Positions 20,957 through 30,700 of a stretch of DNA of 36,852 nucleotides are shown piece by piece. Each line of letters starts with the position of its first letter. The stretch's first letter is position 1. The stretch is from a virus: positions 1 to 36,852 of IMG/VR virus record IMGVR_UViG_3300009537_001787, one strand, 5' to 3'. Made by a program: the position numbers and the translations under genes. The notes under the pieces were generated by a model. The model saw only the letters and a list, made by a program, of their open reading frames with translations, was not told the DNA's origin and made no database searches.

Positions 20957-22386
20957 TCACAGCAACGGCTCTCCCTCAGGTTCCTACCGCTGCCAAGCTG
21001 GTTTTTGATCAGATTGGATGGCAAGCTACCGGCATCGAGCAGACTCAGATTGTAGCCTGCCGGAAGCAGGGTATTCTTATTACTGGGGGAGAGAGTGGCG
21101 GCAAGTCGAATGTGACTGCCGCCCATGTGGTGGGCAGAATCCCCAGTGACGCTGCCAATAATCCGAGTATCGGCAACGGTGATGGTGAGCCCCTGATCTA
21201 CTGGCTGGTGGGGGATGACTACTCTCAGGTGACTGAGGAGTTCCATGGGATTGAGGAGCATCTGATATCTCAATGGGGAGAAACTCTGGTCCATGCCAGC
21301 AAGAGAGTGGACCCTGGTTTTATTGAGGTAAAGATCCCAGGTCACAGGTTCCCGATAATCCGTCTGGAGACCAAGTCGGGCCGTGATCCCAGCAAGATAT
21401 CCAGAGTCAGGCCCCAGGGCATTGTCCTCTGTGAGGCTGGTCAGATCGATCCGATGATCTTTGACCGATGTTACGGTAGGACCATTCAGGGGGGCGGCTG
21501 GATATTAATTGTTGGAACTTTGGAAGGCAGCATTGGCTGGTTTCCCCAGTTGGCCCAGGCCTGGTCCAGTGGATTTGGAAAGACAACCAGATTCAAGCTC
21601 CCGGCCTGGACCAACACTCATTTATATCCTGGTGGCAGGCAAGACCCCAAGATCCTGGAACTGGAGCGAGTCCAGAGCGACGAATATTTCATGGAGCGGA
21701 TTGCCGGTGAGGTAGTTCCTCCTAAAGGACTGGTCATCAGTGAGTTCCGTGCTGACATTCATGTCAGGGACGTGAAGTTTGATCCAGCCCATCCTGTGCA
21801 TTTATGGGAAGACCCTGGATATGGGCTAGGATCGGCTCATGCGCTGGAGGTAGCGCAGAATATTGATGGTCAGATCAGAATCTTTGATGAAATATATGAT
21901 CGAGGGTTACTGACCAATGATGTTATTGCAATCGCTCAAAAACGGCCTTGGTGGAAAGCCAAAAAATACCTCGTCTCAGATCCCCACTATAAAAACCAGC
22001 ATCACTCCGTACATTCTGTGCACGAAGTGTGGGAAAAGGAAGCTGGTCTCATTGCAGGTGGTGAGCCAGTTAGAGAAGGTCCTGGAAGAGAGCGAATCAA
22101 GACCTTTCTTAAAGTGGACCCTCTCACAGGACATCCTGGACTGGTTATCGCTCCACACTGCCAGGGAGTGCTCTCTGAGGCTGGTGCTGCCGTTGACCCC
22201 TTTGATAACCAGTCCTACCATCCCTGGCGGTGGAAGGTTGACCGTTATGGTAACGTGATCGGGGACACTCCCGAAGATAAATACAACCACGCCTGGAAAG
22301 CTATCAGCTATGGGCTGATATACAACTTTGGTTACACTGAGGCGCAGCAGAGGCGTGTTGTGAAAGTGACATATCGAGGTAGATAA
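20902..22386 (+). CDS. terL: Terminase large subunit
   Basis: It has Walker A ITGGESGGKS and Walker-B-like GIVLCEAG. The nuclease motifs are WEDPGYGLGSAHALEV..IDGQIRIFDEIY and EDKYNHAWKAISYGL. The start is uncertain: GTG 20902 (55-nt overlap), GTG 20887, or ATG 20776 (181-nt overlap). Confidence 0.9.
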   Translation: MANKGTPNIRLPLAVDRIVTATALPQVPTAAKLVFDQIGWQATGIEQTQIVACRKQGILITGGESGGKSNVTAAHVVGRIPSDAANNPSIGNGDGEPLIYWLVGDDYSQVTEEFHGIEEHLISQWGETLVHASKRVDPGFIEVKIPGHRFPIIRLETKSGRDPSKISRVRPQGIVLCEAGQIDPMIFDRCYGRTIQGGGWILIVGTLEGSIGWFPQLAQAWSSGFGKTTRFKLPAWTNTHLYPGGRQDPKILELERVQSDEYFMERIAGEVVPPKGLVISEFRADIHVRDVKFDPAHPVHLWEDPGYGLGSAHALEVAQNIDGQIRIFDEIYDRGLLTNDVIAIAQKRPWWKAKKYLVSDPHYKNQHHSVHSVHEVWEKEAGLIAGGEPVREGPGRERIKTFLKVDPLTGHPGLVIAPHCQGVLSEAGAAVDPFDNQSYHPWRWKVDRYGNVIGDTPEDKYNHAWKAISYGLIYNFGYTEAQQRRVVKVTYRGR

Positions 22387-24336
22387 TTGCCTGAAATGAC
22401 ACCGAGCGAGATCATTCGCATCGTAGACCTGATGGAGTCAGAGAACAGCGAGGTCCAGTCCCAGATGGACGAAGACCTGGACCGCTACCGTTTACTTCCT
22501 TATGTCGGTGATAAGTCTCTGAACGAGAGCAGAAAGTTCACCAGCAACGATCCCAAGAATATTGTCAATCTGGCTTTCCATCTGATCAGTACCGCTACGG
22601 TCAGGTATCAGATCAATCGGCCTCGTGCTCAGCGTCAGGAGCGGGGTCTGGACAACATGAAGGAACTGTACGTCATTGGCACGATGGTGCAGGCTGATGA
22701 ACGTAGGGCCAGGCGGTTAACCCCTTCGGTATATGATTCCATGGCGATGCAGTGCCTGGTCAGAGGACGCAGGGCTCACCGTGTTCTGCTGGTCAGGGAG
22801 GAACTTGAGGGCCCTGGCCCAGAAGCTACCGAGATAATGGCGGCATTCCTTGAGCTATCGTCCCAGGTGCCGAATATCACACCCCCTGAGTTACCCCCTA
22901 ATACCAGGACTTTCCCTGAGATTGATGACTGGGACCCTCGCAACGTTTACTACGAGGTGGGAAGGGATGGCCTCTTGTGGGCCTGTCACAAGACCAAGAA
23001 ATCAGCATCGTCTCTCAAAGACGAGTACGATCTGTCCGATGATGACCTGCCGGATCGGGGCTTGAATAACGATGACCCCGAGTACTGGGTCTATGATTAT
23101 CTGGACACAGAAGAGAATCAGGTCATTCTAGAGAACGGTCTCTTACTGAAGGAGCCCACGATTCATGGCATGACTCGTGTTCCTGTCAGTATTGGGATTG
23201 TAGGAGCACTGCCGGTATTTCAAGCTGAAGGGGAGGATTATACCGCTGAATATGGACAGAGCGTCTTCCATGCCAACCGAGCCATGTTCGACCAGAACAA
23301 CTTCATGTTGTCCATCATGCTCGAACTTGCAGCCCGAGCCATCAATCCCCCCGTTGTATACGAGTCCCGAGATGGTTCTCTGGCACTGGACAATGACCCA
23401 CGTATCAGCGGGGCAGAAGTTTCTCTATCAACCCAGAACGAGGAGCGGATCGTTCCCATTCCCTCAGTAGAGATGACTCGTGAGACAGGAGTATTCCTGG
23501 CTAATGTACAGCAGATGGTACAGCGTGGGGCCTTCTCTCATCTGGCTCATGGAGAGATTGGCGGGGCTATCCCTTCCGGGTTCGCTATTAACCAGCTACG
23601 GCAGGGGATGGAGATCCCCGTTATGCCCACTATCAAGTCGATGATGGTAGGTCTCAAGGATATTGGGGACTTACTGGCTGATGCTTATGCTACCGGCGAG
23701 TTTGACACTATGACCCTATCCGGGAAGACTCAAGACCCGACCAGATCTTACTTCTCGGAGGAAATCACTGCCGAGATGCTGAACGATGCTGGGAACCTGG
23801 AGGTTCTCATCGAGCCCACTCTGCCACAGGACAATGCTGCCAAGGTCCAGTTGGCCCGGATGGTTACGGACGGCGCCGTGCCGATGGTCAGCATGCGGTT
23901 TGCCAGGGAGAACTACCTGGGCTTACAGGACGTAGAGCAGATCGAACGAGAGGTATACGAGCAACTGGCTGACACCGCATCTCCTGTTGCGATGGCAATG
24001 AAGCTGATGAACGCTGCTGCTGAGCAGGGAGAGTACGAGAAGGCTGAGCTTTACTGGATGGAGTTCCAGACTCAGTTATACCAGAAGCTGCTGGACCTGG
24101 GCATGGTGCAGGGAGCCCTCAATCAGGCCAATAGTACTGGGGAGGCTCCTCTATCTGGTATGGACCAGGGGAATGGAGGTGGGGGATCCCCATCCATGTC
24201 TCCTGACGTGCTGCCTTCTCAAGCTCAGGGAGTTCCCCAGGTAGCTCCGACTCCTCAGCAGGGGCCGTTAGTGCCTCCGGGAACTCCCAGACCTGGTGGA
24301 CAGGCTGACCCGGCTGATTTTGCTGCTTTAGGATGA
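22387..24336 (+). CDS. Portal protein
   Basis: 649-aa ORF directly after terL, in the portal size range, with a disordered G/P/Q-rich C-terminus. TTG 22387 has GAGGT at good spacing; ATG 22396 is the alternative start. The call rests mainly on position and size. Confidence 0.7.
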   Translation: MPEMTPSEIIRIVDLMESENSEVQSQMDEDLDRYRLLPYVGDKSLNESRKFTSNDPKNIVNLAFHLISTATVRYQINRPRAQRQERGLDNMKELYVIGTMVQADERRARRLTPSVYDSMAMQCLVRGRRAHRVLLVREELEGPGPEATEIMAAFLELSSQVPNITPPELPPNTRTFPEIDDWDPRNVYYEVGRDGLLWACHKTKKSASSLKDEYDLSDDDLPDRGLNNDDPEYWVYDYLDTEENQVILENGLLLKEPTIHGMTRVPVSIGIVGALPVFQAEGEDYTAEYGQSVFHANRAMFDQNNFMLSIMLELAARAINPPVVYESRDGSLALDNDPRISGAEVSLSTQNEERIVPIPSVEMTRETGVFLANVQQMVQRGAFSHLAHGEIGGAIPSGFAINQLRQGMEIPVMPTIKSMMVGLKDIGDLLADAYATGEFDTMTLSGKTQDPTRSYFSEEITAEMLNDAGNLEVLIEPTLPQDNAAKVQLARMVTDGAVPMVSMRFARENYLGLQDVEQIEREVYEQLADTASPVAMAMKLMNAAAEQGEYEKAELYWMEFQTQLYQKLLDLGMVQGALNQANSTGEAPLSGMDQGNGGGGSPSMSPDVLPSQAQGVPQVAPTPQQGPLVPPGTPRPGGQADPADFAALG

Positions 24337-24383
24337 ATATAGCAGAATACTCTGTTACTATCTTCTTATAGTAGAGGGAAAGA

Positions 24384-26141
24384 ATGACTCAAGTTTCCAG
24401 TACAATGAGCCGCCCCATCATTCAGAACTTGCTTGCTGAATATGATGACCTGCTGAAATTCTCTCATAGTGCTATTAACAGCAGTCTTTCTGATAAGGGC
24501 ACTGTTGACCAGCAGATGGCTCTCGCTGAGCAGAGATTATCGCAACTAGCTGCTCCGTCTGTTTTCTCTGCTTCTATGGCAGAGATTGAAGATATCATTC
24601 AGCATGAAAAGGAGAAGCTATTTCGTCTCAAGAGAGACCTGGATTTCGCTGCTCCTGACAGGAAGGATATTTATCAACGTCAGGTAGACGCATCTCAGGC
24701 GAAGTTGTTCCGTAATCTGGAAACCCGCCGAGAGCTTCGTCGAGTCTCTAACGAGATGAAGGCCAATCTAGAAACTGACCAGCAGGCAATGCTAGGAGAT
24801 GCAGAAGAAAAGCTTATGCAACAGAGATCTACATCTGGTGGTACTAGCTTTACTATCAAAAAGGATGGCAAGGTTGTAGGTCATACAACCGACCCTCAGT
24901 CTGCTGACTATGCCGAGAAGATCGGTGGTTTTGAAGTTGAAGTTGATGGAACGGGAGGAAAGCAGACTCCTGGTCTTCTGGGCAGTCCATTGGGGGAGGC
25001 ATCTTCACCAGGGCTGGACTTGGGAGGCCATCCTGGAGGAAACGAAGCCCCTGTTTACATTGATCCAGGCCCAGGAAATGCAATAAATCCTGGTAATGAT
25101 ATTGGGCCAATAGTTGCTCCTCAGCCTCAGCCTCAGCCTCAACAACAACTGCCTGATCTGACTGTTGATGATGTACTGGACGAGTTTGCCAGAGATCCTA
25201 ACGCCGACTTTGGAGAGTTCTGGAATATCCTGATCCAGAACTTTGGGATGGAACCTAATGAAGCTGAGTGGGAACTGAAATATGCCCGAGATCAGTTCCT
25301 GGCTAGTGTTGGTGTAGGCAGTGGAGGGACCGGGGTTACTCCCGCAGGCAAGAATCAGATAAGTGGGGGTGGAGGGACTCTTCCTGGTACTGGAGTTGAT
25401 CCTGGAGGACACCCTGGAGGAAATGAAGATCCTGTTTACATTGATCCAGGCACTGGGGGTGGAGACTTCCCCGGTGGTGGTGGAGGAAATGCTGATGCTG
25501 CCCCTCCACCATTAGATGGAATAATCCCAGGAAGTGGTCTGGGGGTTAACCGTCCTCCGACGCTTGAGGATTTGTACTGGCAACAGGGCACTGGCATGGA
25601 CGCCCTGTATGGTAACTTTATCAATAAGAACTTTGGCACTGCCGGTGCTTACTCAGATTTCTTTAGCTCTCCAACTATGGACGCTAACTTGCAAACTGCT
25701 GGCTTGATGCAGACAATACTTGATCCAGCATCTATGAATGGGGGGATTGCTAATTTTCTAAATAATGGAGGGTTCAATCCTACTCCTACCAGTCTTGCCA
25801 TTGTCCCTGGGGCAGATCACTTGAATAAAATTGCTGATTTTATCAGTGGAAACATTGAGGGACCGATACCTCCAGGTTCTCCAGCGGCTCTTCAGGCTAT
25901 GGCTATTAATGATCTAATGAGTGCAGGGAATCAGGCTACTCAGTTTGCTATGGCAGCAATGCCCTATCTAAATAGTATTCCTTCTAGATTTAGGTCCACT
26001 ATGGCTAAATCCCTACAGAATGCTTTCAATTCTATAATAGCTCAACATGGGCTAGATACTCCAGATGATGGAAGCCCTGGTAGCTTCCAGATGCTTCCAT
26101 ATCTACAAAACCAAAACTTTAATATTCCTTTATATAGTTAA
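24384..26141 (+). CDS. Virion-module protein (585 aa): N-terminal coiled coil, G/P-rich middle, C-terminal domain paralogous to the next two genes
   Basis: It contains the internal duplication GGHPGGNE(A/D)PVYIDPG (about nt 25023 and 25404). Its C-terminal PPTLEDLY...SRFRSTMAKSLQNAFNSIIAQHGLD...FQMLPYLQNQNF aligns with ORFs 26180 and 26852. Confidence 0.7.
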   Translation: MTQVSSTMSRPIIQNLLAEYDDLLKFSHSAINSSLSDKGTVDQQMALAEQRLSQLAAPSVFSASMAEIEDIIQHEKEKLFRLKRDLDFAAPDRKDIYQRQVDASQAKLFRNLETRRELRRVSNEMKANLETDQQAMLGDAEEKLMQQRSTSGGTSFTIKKDGKVVGHTTDPQSADYAEKIGGFEVEVDGTGGKQTPGLLGSPLGEASSPGLDLGGHPGGNEAPVYIDPGPGNAINPGNDIGPIVAPQPQPQPQQQLPDLTVDDVLDEFARDPNADFGEFWNILIQNFGMEPNEAEWELKYARDQFLASVGVGSGGTGVTPAGKNQISGGGGTLPGTGVDPGGHPGGNEDPVYIDPGTGGGDFPGGGGGNADAAPPPLDGIIPGSGLGVNRPPTLEDLYWQQGTGMDALYGNFINKNFGTAGAYSDFFSSPTMDANLQTAGLMQTILDPASMNGGIANFLNNGGFNPTPTSLAIVPGADHLNKIADFISGNIEGPIPPGSPAALQAMAINDLMSAGNQATQFAMAAMPYLNSIPSRFRSTMAKSLQNAFNSIIAQHGLDTPDDGSPGSFQMLPYLQNQNFNIPLYS

Positions 26142-26179
26142 CCCTGTAGTAGAAAAAAGTAACGAGGTGAAAGAATACT

Positions 26180-26836
26180 ATGACACAGCAGCAATTTGAT
26201 CCCAATCAGCTTCGGCAAATAATGGGAGAGGATCTATCGAACCACTTTAATATAGGTACTGGCAATCTAAATACGGGCCGTCTGGGTGCTTCTGATGGCT
26301 TGAATAACTTCCGTCCCCCTTCTCTGGAAGAGTTGTTTGGGGCTAACCAGGCGAGGCAGGCTGAGTTTGGGAACTACTTGAACCAGAATGTGTCTGGTAT
26401 TAATGGTAACTACCGGGACTTTCTGGATAGACAGGTAGGCGCTACCAATCGGCTGATGCAGTTAAATGACCTGCTCGCAACAAATGCTTCTCCCACCTTT
26501 ACAGCATTCCTGAACAACAGGTTGGGCGGGTTCAATCAGGCAACAGCAAACACCAACCAATTAAATACTGCGGCTGAGATGCTGAGGGCCGGACAGAATG
26601 GAGGTTTCTCTCCCAGCCAGAATCTGGCGATTGATAATCTTTCTTCTAACCCTCGTGGGCAGTTTGATATGGTACTTGATTACCAGTTAGCAAACTTGCC
26701 TAGCAGGTTCCATGCGGCTGGTCGGTCGGCAGGGGATCGGCAGTATGACAGCATTCTGGCTCAGCAAGGTCTTGACCCGAACTTCAACTTCCTGCCGTTC
26801 TTACAGCAACGTGGCTTTAATGTGTTTGGATTCTAA
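26180..26836 (+). CDS. Q/N/G-rich paralog family member (218 aa)
   Basis: PPSLEELFGANQARQAEFGNYLNQ...SSNPRGQFDMVLD...SRFHAAGRSAGDRQYDSILAQQGLDPNFNFLPFLQQRGFNVFGF. Confidence 0.7.
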   Translation: MTQQQFDPNQLRQIMGEDLSNHFNIGTGNLNTGRLGASDGLNNFRPPSLEELFGANQARQAEFGNYLNQNVSGINGNYRDFLDRQVGATNRLMQLNDLLATNASPTFTAFLNNRLGGFNQATANTNQLNTAAEMLRAGQNGGFSPSQNLAIDNLSSNPRGQFDMVLDYQLANLPSRFHAAGRSAGDRQYDSILAQQGLDPNFNFLPFLQQRGFNVFGF

Positions 26837-26851
26837 TAGAGGAATAGACCT

Positions 26852-27397
26852 ATGACAACTAACTTTCAGCAGCCTACTCTGGAAGACTTGTTTGGTGCTC
26901 CTACTGCTAGACAAGCAGAGTTTGGGCAGCACCTGAATCAGAGGTTCCCTAATGTTAGTGGGAACTACAGAAGTTTCTTAGAGAATCAGGCTCCTGCTTT
27001 CAACCGGGCTTTTGGGTTGCAGGATGTTGCTTCCCGGAGCCCCACCAATACCTTTGGTGAGTTCTTGAATAGCAGAGGAGTGCAGAGCTTCCAGCCGGGA
27101 GGAGGAGCCAGCAATAGCTTGTTAGCAGTTACAGCTAACTTGCTGAGGGGTGGGCCTAATGCTCCTAACTTGACCAATAGTCAGAGGGCAGGGATAGAAG
27201 GACTCAGTTCCAATCCCAGGGCTCAGTTTGATATGGCTTTGGACCCTCAGATAAACTCTTTGGCGAGCCGGTTCCGGCCTTCGTTCAGGAATCTTGCTGA
27301 CCGGAGGTTTGACTCTATTCTGGCAGAGCAGGGAACCAGGCCAGACTTTCAGATGCTGCCCTTCCTGCAAAACCGTGGGTTCAACTTCTTCCAGTAG
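26852..27397 (+). CDS. Q/N/G-rich paralog family member (181 aa)
   Basis: QPTLEDLFGAPTARQAEFGQHLNQ...SSNPRAQFDMALD...SRFRPSFRNLADRRFDSILAEQGTRPDFQMLPFLQNRGFNFFQ. Confidence 0.7.
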   Translation: MTTNFQQPTLEDLFGAPTARQAEFGQHLNQRFPNVSGNYRSFLENQAPAFNRAFGLQDVASRSPTNTFGEFLNSRGVQSFQPGGGASNSLLAVTANLLRGGPNAPNLTNSQRAGIEGLSSNPRAQFDMALDPQINSLASRFRPSFRNLADRRFDSILAEQGTRPDFQMLPFLQNRGFNFFQ

Positions 27398-27406
27398 GAT
27401 AGAGCT

Positions 27407-27736
27407 ATGCAGAATAACATGACAGATCTGGGGAGAGCTTTCTTCTTAGAAGATCCCGAAGCTGGTTTTCTAGGTGCGCTGGGAAACCAGGATCTTCCCA
27501 GAAACATGCAGGACTTCTACCGCAAGAGGCCCGGTGAGATGTTGACTAAGTACAATCAGCAGTTGAGCCGAAATATTGTTATGGGAGGATTGCCTGATAC
27601 CAACCCCTTTGACTTCTTTGAAGGAACTTCCGGTGGGTTTGGAGGATTCCATAACGATTACTGGTCCAGGTCCCCCACTTCCAGGGGTAGCTTCTCTGGA
27701 CAGAGAAGCCCCAAGACATCCTTTATATTCAGGTAA
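27407..27736 (+). CDS. Hypothetical G/F/N-rich protein (109 aa), possibly a distant member of the same family
   Basis: Co-oriented; its stop abuts the giant gene's ATG (TAAATG). Its composition is similar to the paralogs, but no clear alignment was seen. Confidence 0.55.
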   Translation: MQNNMTDLGRAFFLEDPEAGFLGALGNQDLPRNMQDFYRKRPGEMLTKYNQQLSRNIVMGGLPDTNPFDFFEGTSGGFGGFHNDYWSRSPTSRGSFSGQRSPKTSFIFR

Positions 27737-30700
27737 ATGCCTACACCAGAAGAACGCAATCGAGCCTTGATAGAGGCAGGAAAGCTCCCCTTCCGATGGC
27801 CTGAGACGGAAGAAGAACAACGAGCTTTCAATACCAGACGGGTAACCAGAGGCAAGCCGCCTCTGGACTTCAGCCCGTCTGGTTCTGGTATTCCAAACCC
27901 TGTCCCCACAGCTATTCCTCAGAGAGTCCCGGAGCCCACTGCTGATAGTCGCCCTATTGGAGAGGAACTCAGCCCCTTCATGCGCGGTGTGCAGGATGAT
28001 GGGACACCTATCACGCCTCCATCTGGTGGCACCTCTGGCCCTCTAGCAATTCTTGGACGAGCAGCAGATATCTTTGACCCACTTCTGTACCTGCAATCGG
28101 AGGTGCGCCAGAGTCCTATTGGTGATCGGGCTAACCGACCTGGTGGCCTTGGTGATCAGGGAGGCCAAGTAGCCCACGGTATATCAGGATTAACTGCGGG
28201 AGCAGGTCCAATATCATGGATTGCCAAGGCTCTGGGCCAGGATAATCAGGATTTTGAGCCTCGTCCTGGTGCTAGTCGTTTCGAGAGGATGATAGAGCAA
28301 GAGAAGGGACAGCCTCTTCTGAACCAGATGGCTGGTGGGATCTTTGATATTACCAACTTCATTGGTGGCGGTGCCGCTGCCAGGGGTGCCGGTAGGCTTG
28401 CTAGCTTCTTGAACCGTGTTGATACTGCTGCTGATGTAGCCCGCCCTGTGAGCGGGATATCTGATCTGGAGAGGATTGCTCGTACCACTCCTGAAGTAGT
28501 GGATAATATCCCTGCCAATCAGATGAACCCAGTCTTTGAGAGATTCATGCGTGGGCAGGCTACTCCTCCTGTTGAGCCTGCTCCTCCTAGAGCTTTGCTT
28601 CCTGGTTCTACTCCACAACAACTTGATAGGATCCCAGACGAGCAGATCCCAGACGTTCTTGCTCGGTTATTGCAGGATCAGAATGTCTCTTTACCCAATG
28701 CTCCTACTCAAGCGCTGCAACCTGGTGTTGTACCCAGGCAAATAGATGCTATTTCTGATCAAGAAATGAGCGATGCCTTTGCTAGATTCCTCCGAGGTGA
28801 GACTAGACCTCCTGCTAATAATGCTCCTCCACAAGCTCTGCAACCTGGTGTTGCACCCAGGCAAATAGGTACTATCTCTGAGCAAGAAATGAATGATGCT
28901 TTTGCTCGTTTCATGCGAGGTGAGACTAGGCATCCTGCTAATAATGCTCCTATGCGATCTTTGCCTCCTGGATCTATTGAAGAGCCAGTAAGGAATACCA
29001 CTGTTTCTCCTTCTGGTCTGCCACCTAGAATCAAGATAGGCTCAAGAGGGGTCGAATCAACGATTGAGACTCTGCAGTACCCTATCAATAAGGGAGGATA
29101 CTGGATAAGTATCCCCGAGGATGGGACATTCCGATGGGTAGGCCGTGGGGAACCCATGCCTGATGCTCCTATCCTGAGTCCTATGAGGGAAGCTGCAACG
29201 CCGCCTCCACCTGCCATCCCAGACCTTCCTCCTCCCAGTACGGACTTCCCCAGAGATACTGGCTTTAGGCAGCCCATGAGTCCATTAATCTCTGAAGAAG
29301 CTGCTCTTAGAGAACCAACACGCCCGTTGATTCCAGATCGCCCTATTCCTCGTGGAAGAGGATTAACTCCTGAAGAAATTGAAAATATCAGGCGGAACGA
29401 GGCTCTATTTACACAGATAGATGTTGGCCCTGATCCTGTAAGAATGCTAGCATCTAGGATACGACCTCCTGGGACTGCTAGGGCTAGTAGTAGAACTGGG
29501 CCTGGTAATGAATTTCGACTTAGGACATCTCAAACTCCTCCTGGAGTTAGTAGCCCAGAAATTATTCCTCCTAGAGACCCTGCTCTATTACCTCCTGATA
29601 GACCTTTATTGCTTGATCAGCCTCTTCCTCGGGGAGAGGGGTTAAGCCCAGAGCAGCTTGCACAGATACGCCAGGAAGAAGCTCTATTTAAACAGATCAG
29701 TGTCGGTCCTGATCCTACAAGAAGGCTAGCAGCTAGCTTACGTCCTGATAGGGCTGCTAAAGATAGTGGATTAACTGGCCCTGGTAATGCTTACCGTCTC
29801 AGAACATCTCAGACTCCTCCTGGAGTTAGTAGCCCAGAAATTATTCCTCCTAGAGATCCTGCTCTATTGCCTCCCGACAGGCCTTTATTACTTGATCAGC
29901 CCCTTCCTCGTAGAGAGGGGTTAACCCCAGAACAGCTTGAACAGATACGTAAAGAGGAGGCTCTATTCAAGCAGATAGATGTTGGACCTGATCCAAAGAA
30001 TAGATTAGCAGCTAGCTTGCGTCCTGATAGGGCTGCTAGAGATAGTGGATTAACGGGTCCTGGTAATGCCTATCGGCTTAGAACATCTCAAACTCCTCCG
30101 GGGGTTAGTTCCCCAGAGATTATTCCTCCTAGAGATTCTGCGCTACTACCTCCTGAGAATCCATTGATTCTAGATCAGCCACTCCCGGAAGGCAGACCCT
30201 TCCCTACTCCCGAGGAGCTTGAGCAAGCCAGGATAAGAAACCGGGGATTTACGCAGCCTGATTCTGGGCCCAGTGCCGCTGGCACTCTTAGCGCCAGACT
30301 CCAGGCCATGACTGCTGCCCAGGATAGTGGCAGGACAGCGGCTGGAAATAGATACCGGCTGGAAACTTCCGAGACACCTCCTGGTGTTACAGGGCCGGGA
30401 GGTGTTCTTACCGGAGATGCTCCTCGTCCAGATAGAAACCCTCTTATTACTGATCCATTAGATGTTGATACTCAAGTAGGTATAGCATTCTCCCCAAATA
30501 ATGCTCGCAAGGTTGGGAATACTTTGCGTCATATTCCGGGCGTAAGACAGATGCTTCAGGCTGGGAATCCATCTATTGTGGCAGAAAGGCCTGTGCAAAA
30601 AGCTGTCATTGCTAGGGCCCAGATGTTGGATGAAGGTGCCAATAAAGTACAGTCGATGATGTCGCATCCATGGTCTATTGGCATTCAAGAGGACTTATTC

